Shown here: piece after piece, positions 55,369 through 64,000 of the stretch | Layout: each line of letters begins with the position of its first letter | How positions within the stretch are numbered: position 1 is the stretch's first letter | DNA from: the human T2T-CHM13v2.0 reference genome, Homo sapiens | DNA: 64,000 nt | Assembly (NCBI RefSeq): GCF_009914755.1 | Contig: NC_060927.1 | Strand: one strand, 5' to 3' | The notes under the pieces: model-generated | Told to the model about the DNA's origin: nothing | Databases searched by the model: none | The model's input: only the letters and a program-made list of their open reading frames with translations | Program-made: the position numbers and the translations under genes

Positions 55369-57599
55369 ATGATAAATAAAAGGAGTGGACTTTGCTGTAG
55401 AGGAAAAAGAAACTGATTAGGCCACTGATTTTGAAACCATAGAATCAATGACTTGAGGAGAAGATTTACTTACAGGAGTATAAACTGAACGAGGGCATAA
55501 AAGCTCTTATTGGAAAGAAATGTAAAGCACTCCAAAAGCTAAACAAATAGAAAGGAAGCAAAAATAGCCTACATATCTTTTGAGAACAACATGCTCACTG
55601 TTTCTTTTGTTTGTTCATGTTCCTCCATCTGACTGTTCTTTAGGAAACTTCACTTACTCAACCCATCCTCAGCTCTAGTAAATTTAATATTTTGATCCTA
55701 CCGTTACTTATTTATTTCTATCCCAAGCTTCCTATATTTTTGCTTTTTACCTGTTGGCATTTTCACAACCATGTTTCAGCAGTTTGGGTATGTCAATTCT
55801 TTAAAAGTCTATTCGGAATACTCGTTTCTTCTGTCTAAACCTATCTTGCTTTGCTAGTACCCCTGCCATTAGATCTGCCAGAAATCTTAAAGTTTATAGT
55901 GTAACAGCATGCACAAGCTTCTCTCTTGACTTTATATGTGCTTTGTTTTGTACTCCATTCAGAACACGAACAGCCTCTAACAAAGGCTTTTAGTTGTCTC
56001 TGCCTTTAGTGGCCATCATTGCTCCTGTTCACTTGGCACTAGCTGGTCAGTCAGCATGTGCTCGATGAGTCAACTCTGTTACGAAGTGGATTGCTGACAG
56101 CCAATCCCAGTAACTTGGCTGAAACGTTGAATATAATGCTTCTGTTTCCTACTTAGAGAGACAACATTATATTACATTCTTCCGATAATGCATTTTTCCA
56201 CTAAGCATACACTGATCTCCACATGGTTGAACTATAAAACTCAATTTAGATAGAAAGGAAATAAATAATATGGAAAATGGAGAAGCGCAGTAAGGCCAGA
56301 ACAAGTTTAATAGATAATATTATTTAAAGAATAACCATGAATCGTTTTTGCATTTGGAATAAATTTTTATTCCTTGAGGATTATACGGGTCAGTCCAGGC
56401 GCAGATTGAACTGTCCAGGTTGCATTTTAGAATGTTTGCCTTCTCAGTTATAGATAATTTGTAATGTTGCTTTATTTTGTTTTTAAATCTATTGCCTTTG
56501 CAGTGGCTACAAAATTATATTGTTTACAAAGGAACTTCTATTCTGACATTAAAAAGCAAAAGCTTTGTTTAATTGAAAGGGAGCGTTTGTTTCTGTGAAT
56601 GTTTGATCTCCTTTCTCTACTTTTAGTGGGTCTTAAATAGAAGGTGTAGTAGGGAAAAGAACGTAAAATAAAACATGTCGTCTGTTCCTAAATCAACTTA
56701 AAATGGTAAATATTGGTTTTCTGACTTCTCCAGATAACATGAATAGATGTACTGCATTTATTCAATAGCTATAAAAGATATTGCTGAAGATAAAAGCAGA
56801 AAAAAAAGCATTTAGTTCAGTGCAGAGTCTGGAAGTGATGCTATATTCCGTCTATCCAATTACTGCCAAACTAGTCAGGGAGAAGTACATTTCTTTGAAG
56901 AGCAGAAGCATAACTAGTACATGGTTATATTTCAGTTTTAACAAACATTCTTGAGAAAGAGAAAATTTTGTTCTTGAAAATGGCCACTTTTCTTTTTAAA
57001 ATGTCTGTGGTAATTGTGTCATTTAGATAATGAGGAATAACAGTGCTTTAGTTGAACTTCTCTAACTTAAGAATGTTAATCATAGGAAAATTAGATGATG
57101 TCTTGTACATGTCATTACATCACATGATCAACAAAAGATTAAGTACACATAAATAGATTTTAAGGAATAATACATGCTGCCAGCTTACGGTGATATGTTA
57201 CTGACACATGTAGTAGTTATTTTGGATATATATATATATACTTGGTGTATATTTATGAAGAGCAGAAGGTCCTCATAAATGATGGTAATGAATATTTCTG
57301 TCATTTAAAGACCTTGAGAACCTATAAATATCATCAATGTGAAGAGCTTTCTCACTGCTTATGTTCCAAAAAGATTAACACACTTATGTGCAGCATTTAA
57401 AAAAATTAAAAATAAATAAATAAAGTCTACAAGTCTTCGTTTTCAATAAAGCAGTAAATATTATTAGCCTGTGATGGGAAACCCTGAAAATAGCCAACGA
57501 ATAGTAGCATACTAAATTCCATGAATGTATTAATATTATACATACAATAGAATGAAATATATTAAAAATTGCAATACGCATAACAGAAATATGATGGAT

Positions 57600-58270
57600 A
57601 TATGTAATGTAAAGACAGCCCTTTCAAACTGCCAAGAAAAAGCCAAACAAGCAAACTAATTAGCCAAGGGTTGAATAGGGCGTTTACAGGAGATTAAATC
57701 TGAATGGCTAAACAAAACATGAAAAGAGACTACTCAAACTAGTTGTCAGGAAAATGAAAGGATATATATAAAATGTTATGGTATATTATAAAGCATATTG
57801 TTTTTGCAATTAGTTAAGATAATATGGTAAGAATTAAAAAAAGAAACATTCCATGTGATGTGGAGGGATATTCAAGAGATAAGATTAAGTATAATAAGCA
57901 GGATATAGAAAAGCACATACACTTTGATCTTACTTTTTTGTTATGAAATAATTTCTACATAGGTTTGTGTATGTACATGTTTATGTGTTGTATGTGTGTT
58001 CTAGGTGAAAATATTGAAGAATACATAATATAAGTGAATATGTAATTATATATTAAATCTTACTTATATTGTATGTGAAGCTTACATATATTGTTAATGT
58101 GGAATATGGCAAAGGGTGATGTGGTAGGCAGGAGGAAGGTAAAGCAAGCAAAAGAGAAAAGAAGAAGAAAATAAGAAAAAAGGGAAAAGGTTTAAAAACT
58201 TCCCTCAAAATAATATGAGATGACCAATTTTACATGACTGTACAACTCTACAAAATTGAGTAATAAAGGT
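57600..58270 (+). mobile_element. Old L1 (L1ME/MC-type) fragment
   Basis: gccaagggttgaatagggcgtttacagg...gaatggctaaacaaaacatgaaaagagactactcaaactagttgtcaggaaaatg; edges approximate. Confidence 0.6.
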
Positions 58271-60061
58271 AAAAAAAAGCATGGTTCCTAATCCAGTGCT
58301 CTATTTACCATACTGCCTATGTCATTTAAAAAATGTTTTAAATTTCAAAATTTAAAATATTAAAACATTTACTTTAAAACTTATATGCCTTTAAAATTAC
58401 TATGATTATAGAGGCTGAGCAGGATTTATTTATTTATTAATTGACATTTTTCATACTTACTATATTTGACTGGTGTTTCAATAAGACCTAATGTTTTCCA
58501 TGCTGTAAAATTTTATTCACAGGAAATTAAATCTAACATTTGAAACAAAAAGGCCCATTAGCTCAGAGCATTTTTAATATTCTAACCAGGATAGAAATCC
58601 CTTAATTAGGCCAAAGGATTAGAACTTTGAAATGGAGCAGTTTATTTCAGTAAAGCTTTTGGGATGAGAGAAGGTGGGGGCATTGCTTCAATCTAAAGTG
58701 ATACACATTTTAATTTAATCTATTGAAACTGCCTTGGAAAAACACCAAATAAATATAGATACTTCAGAATCTTTATTACGTTTTATGCACATGCTCAAAA
58801 ATTCTCTTGGGGAACAGGAACTTGAATAGTGGGCAGAATTTAAATAGTGTAGGTTTCCAGGGAAGGCATTCCAGATGGAAATGAATAATAAAAATAATCT
58901 AAGGAGAAGTAGCTCAATGATTATATTTGATCAAAGGCTGACACTTCCTATTGAAACTAGTATATTCTATTTAGAGAAAATATATTTGTCTTAATTTTAG
59001 AAACATGCCTCTATTTTATACTAAAGTACCTCTGTATTTAAAACACTTACATATTTTACTTATAACAAAATGATATGTTGGCCATTCCTACAGATTCCTA
59101 ACTTACATTGTCATTCATATTTATATAGTGTCATCTATTCCCTGAAATGTTGGCATCATTAAGGTAGATCTTGGATGTATTCCCTCATGCTTTCTGGTGC
59201 CAATTTAACCCGGTGTGTTTAAATATATGGGACTTGCTTGATTAACAAACAAGAGTTAATCCAAAGATAACACATTGTGATGTGCAATTATATTTCTTAA
59301 TGGAAATAGTATGTACAAGGAAATGCTCTTAAATTTTCTTGTTTTATTCTTAAAATAATGTATTCATTACGAAAAATATTTGCCCAAATCAAAAATGATT
59401 AGTCCTCCCATTTTGTAATAGCAGACATACTGATGCTAAGGAAAAAATTCACTCACTCACTAAAAATTTCTGCTTAACACAATAAAACAGCCACATATTA
59501 AAAATATCGTATTTTTTTTGTCAGGATAGTTGACATCATTCAGACGCACCTGTGGGATAACTGTTGTAATGTTTTGTTTTTGTTTTTCTCTTTCAAGAGA
59601 GTAATTTAAATGACACTTTATTACTCTCCCTTGAAAAATAATAGCAGTAAAAGTAGAACAGATGAAACACATTAATCTAGAATTGTTCTTATTACCTTTA
59701 GTAATAAGATTCCTATATGGTGCCCATGTCCATTAAGAAGGCCCATTAATGCTAGTTTATTTCAAATATACTTTGTAGAACATCTATACACTAGAGAACT
59801 ATCAACTCACAATCACATTACTATATAAGAGTTAATTAATCAAGTCATAGTAAGGTAAAAAAAAAATGAGTTATATCCCATTAACTAGTAACACAGAAAA
59901 CAAAGCTAAAAGGGTCTGTTACATTTATGTTAAAATTTGATTATAGGATAAAATCAAATTTACTGAAGATATACAAAAAGAAATCATATGGTAAAACAGT
60001 ACATCTTTCCAGATATAAATAATGACACACATCAGGAATCAGGAAAGACCATGAATCATAA

Positions 60062-60200
60062 ATTTTCTTCATTTTTTTTTCTTCTTCCCTCTCCTCATCC
60101 CCTTTCCTCCTCCTCCATTTTTTCTTCCTTTCTTCCTCCTTTCCTCACTTCATCTTTTCCTCTCTTTCCTCCCTTTGTCTCTGTTTTCCTTGTTCTCTTA
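60062..60200. repeat. Polypyrimidine low-complexity tract
   Basis: ~140 bp of TTCC/CCT-type sequence. Confidence 0.85.
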
Positions 60201-60554
60201 ACTCAGCATTGATTTGTTGGTTACCCACTATGAGCATAATTTTAAGTCAGCTTTCCCAGAAATGAGCAGCTCTAAAATAAATGTAAAAGCCTATTTTTAC
60301 CTAGACTTAAAGAAATAACAAAAGAGTTGCTGATTCAGAAAGTTCGTATGAAATACTTAAATAACGCAGAAAATTGGTTAAAGCTTTACGAGCCAGATGC
60401 CAAGTTATTTGCAGGACAGAGTTTAGAGTTGGCTGATTTGTGCCAAAATGGCTCTCTGGAGTGGGTGAGTGGAGCAAGTAGTGGTGGTAGCAGTGCATAT
60501 GGCAGCCTCAGGTGATACACAGGACTGGCTGAAATCAGTGCAAGCCTAAAATAG

Positions 60555-60745
60555 AAACTACTTATTGAGTGCTTATGCTTATTGCTTATTACGCAATTTA
60601 CAAACATTAATGCTTTTGATTGTAACAGCAACTCGGTGAAGTATGAATCATTATAAGACATTTGTGCTTCCAAGAGGCTAAATAACTTGTCCAAGATCTC
60701 GCATTTAGTTAGTGGAAGAATCAATGCCAGACTGTCTCTGAATCA
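60555..60745 (-). mobile_element. MIR SINE
   Basis: cttattgagtgcttatg...gaggctaaataacttgtccaagatctcgcatttagttagtgg. Confidence 0.75.
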
Positions 60746-61177
60746 TCCAATAGGTGGGAGTAGATCAGATTAGCAATGAAAATAGAGATAGGCTGTGACA
60801 AACCTAAACACTGAAAAATAAGGTTTGGTCTTTGTCCTACTAGATATTAAGGGAGGTTGTAGGGAAGTTATGTAATCAAAACAAAATTTCCACTTCTTAT
60901 CTCTGGAGCTTTTTCTCAGACCACAGGGTCACCAGTGTCAGGTCATGTAGGAACTAGTGCTATCTTCTAGTGTTATGGAGATATTCATGGGAAATTAGGC
61001 ATTTGATATATCAAAATCAAATGAAGACACACAGCTTTTGAAGGCATGGAGACATACACAGGACATATATCTGCTCTTGACCTGGGAAAGAACAATCTAG
61101 ATAGGTAACTATGCATTTACATAGTGTAGTAGGTACAGAAGGCAGATGATGGTGAACTGAGCACTGGATGAGAACTG

Positions 61178-61390
61178 AGTAGGCACTGTGCTAAGTCCTT
61201 TATAGGAATTATTATATTTAACCATAGCAACCCATTAATATATGTACTGTTATTATCTCCATTTTCCAGTGAAGCAACTGAGTCTTAAGGGTCTTTAATA
61301 ACTTGCCCACAATCATTTAGTTAGTAAGAGGCAGAGTAGATATTTGAACACGATTTGTCTCCAGAACCACACTTTTGATCCCAACATTAG
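61178..61390 (-). mobile_element. MIR SINE
   Basis: aggcactgtgctaagt...tattatctccattttccagtgaagcaactgag...aacttgcccacaatca...agtaagaggcagag. Confidence 0.85.
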
Positions 61391-62659
61391 CATTTCCCCT
61401 TCTCATATGACATGGGATATCCCATTTATTTACAACTCTACACCTGTGGACTGTAAGAGGGAACTCCTATGATTAAACCAAAATGCAGTACTCCATAATG
61501 GTTTTGTTAAAGTAACGGGAAGAAAATTTTTGTGAAAAATTTGTTCATTAGAATACCATTATTGTATTTTCTAAGAAAAATATACTCAATATGAGCCAAC
61601 ATGCCCATTTTATGTGAATGACTTTTTGAAACAAATGAAGATATTTGGAGAAGAAATACTGGCATTGCTTTTATGTTGATAGGTTGTGTTTATTATTGTA
61701 ATTTACATGACAGCATTTTTACCTAATAAATCAATGGTATTCAACTTATAGTTTACATGAAAGTAATAAAAAAAAATTGACACACTTCTTGGAAACCAGT
61801 CATTGATACTGTGTTACCTTTTACAACAAAGCTGAAAATTCTGCTGTATTTTCTGCTGAACTTTCAGCAATGCTGTAAAAGCCTCTGTGTCTTTCAGATG
61901 AAACACTCCTTCAGTAAAGGATGGATTCCGTCATGACAGTTATTTATCTTGAAAGGCTATAAACCTTTGGATTAATTGCATGTTTTGTACAAATGTCAGT
62001 TACTGATTTGATTTTGATAGATCTATTCATGGCTTGTCTGAGCTTTAGGTGAATTAAATTATTGCTTATCATCAGTCTTCTTTGTCTGACCCCTGAAAAA
62101 TAAAAAATCAGATGTCATCAGAAAACCATTTTTTTCTTATAGAGTCTTCTACAGACAAGAAACATATTATTGTGCTGTTAGAACAATGAAGGTAGTAAAG
62201 GCATTATGAATGAAATTTGAGCTAATTTTATTCATTCCTACTAAACTGGGTAACTTTAATTGTGCCAATATTTTAACAAAATGTAGTTAATAAGGATATG
62301 ATTTCATGTTCACATATTCCTTGTTAATTACAGCCCTAACCATTAGGGTCTGCAATCCAGCAGTACAGACATTCTTGTACATTAGTTTGGATCCTTATAC
62401 ATAAATGCTTGATTTTGTTGTGGAGTTTACTTGACACACACAAAAAAATATACAAGGTATTTTTGTCAATTAATGGGGTTTACTAATTCACTACATGTTT
62501 ATGGTACTTTAAACTATACGGACTAATTTTTATGAGCTTATTTAGTGGTTCTCAGCCACCACAGCCCTCTTTTTTTCCCAAATGAAGTTACTTGATATCT
62601 ACAAGTAGTAAAATCACCATAACAACTTCTGAAATCAGTCACTATTGAGGGGTGATATG

Positions 62660-62770
62660 AGAGTTTCTAGTTAACTCAATCTTCCTGAACCTCGGTTTTC
62701 TCATCTTTAATGTTCTGATGCTACTGTTTTTCAGGGTTGATGTGAACATTTATAAGTCATGATTATTATT
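62660..62770 (+). mobile_element. MIR core fragment
   Basis: actcaatcttcctgaacctcggttttctcatctttaa...cagggttgatgtgaacatt. Confidence 0.65.
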
Positions 62771-64000
62771 ACTGCTAATTCATTAAAAATCAGAGAAATA
62801 TCACCAACAAAAACTTACTTTTCTTTCAGATCACTATCGTGTCTTTTTTCTTTAACAACATCCCAGCACTTGAATCATACCCTTGTCTCCTCCCACGATA
62901 GCATTTTTCCATACATGTCTTGCTCTTCTATGTCCGGGAGCTGAAGACCTGCCCAAGGATTAGAAACCTGTGTTGGAGCCGTGCTTCTTGCTCTCTGATT
63001 ACCTAATAATTGACTGCTTACCTGGATTTTCCTCATTGCCCAGTGTTAAGTGTCTCATCAGCAGACTTTGCACACCTTTCAGACCACTTCTATGACTTCC
63101 TTAATGTCTGTTTGAGGATCCTGGCCTCAGAAATTCTGCAAATAATGCTTCCTAACCACTGGATAGAAAGTCATCTTAAGATTACCTGCTCACTCCTGGA
63201 GGGGGTAAAGTTGTCTCCATATACCTAATTAATGAATTCAGTTCTTAAATTTTTGCCACACAGGCCAGTCGGCACTCATTCCAATGAAAACTTTTAAAAC
63301 AGTCTGTCAATTCAGGACCTGCTTTTTTAAATATAATTGAAATAATTCTTCTGGATAGTGCAGAAAGTAAGACTGAATGGATGGGTCTAGTCAGATAGAC
63401 AGGCTAGGTGCTAATAAACATACTTCTGAAGAAAAATGTAGGACTAGGTGGAATTACCTCTTTAGAGGTAATAGAATGATTTCTTTTCTATTAATTTCTA
63501 TGACATGATGACATGTCAGTAGATCCTTAATGGATGAATAATTTTAGTGCCAATTTGTAATCATCCTTTCCAAAGATAACTTAAATGCATTTTCTAGCAT
63601 GCCAATAATCTGTCACAAATGCACTGCCTGGATTCTTATTTGATTTGTAAAATTCTTTTGTGATTTTAGTATGACAAGAAATAGTATAAATGCACACATA
63701 AGAAAAAAGATGACCAATTTTGAATATTATGTACCGTGATTCCCCCTTCCCCTTGCCTCATCTTGTCAAATATAACAGTTTTATTAATATTAAAACAAAA
63801 CCAAATTTTGCTGTGGCCATCTCTTTAGCCTAATTTTTGGTTCTGTTCATTTTTAGGAAATCAGTTCAATTACCTCAGACTTAATGAGGCTTTAAGAGAG
63901 TATTCAAATACTCTTCATTTAAAGATAGATGCAGATAGTTGCAACAAATTTATGGAAAAGTAGATAGTTCTTTCCAAGACTACTTTTCTAAGGTCAGAGA

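Overview
AT-rich, CpG-poor primate (human-like) genomic DNA, intronic or intergenic. I find no supportable protein-coding gene, CpG island, RNA gene or CRISPR array, and the supplied ORFs are Alu/L1/Tigger/microsatellite read-through or chance. Interspersed repeats dominate: 6 Alu loci, 7 L1 remnants, a Tigger2 transposon, MER5/MER58A/MER45A elements, MLT1D/LTR33/LTR16 LTRs and many MIR/L2 fragments. Subfamily names come from recalled consensus sequences, not a database search. Most notable: (1) a TSD-bounded L1PB1 (50086-54233) whose 5'UTR is inverted up to its 5' terminus and lacks ORF1/endonuclease, so its promoter faces out into the left flank; (2) a gapless 92-bp duplication (86/92 identical) of apparently unique sequence on either side of that L1, one copy just behind a strong minus-strand splice acceptor; (3) several candidate minus-strand exons, the best at 46130-46184; (4) an AluY right arm nested in an AluJb; (5) a perfect 56-bp palindrome; (6) isolated strong motifs (palindromic NF-kB, PBX-MEIS decamer, G4, CTCF-like, doubled let-7 complement). 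I cannot identify the locus or host gene, and nothing here demonstrates a new biological system.
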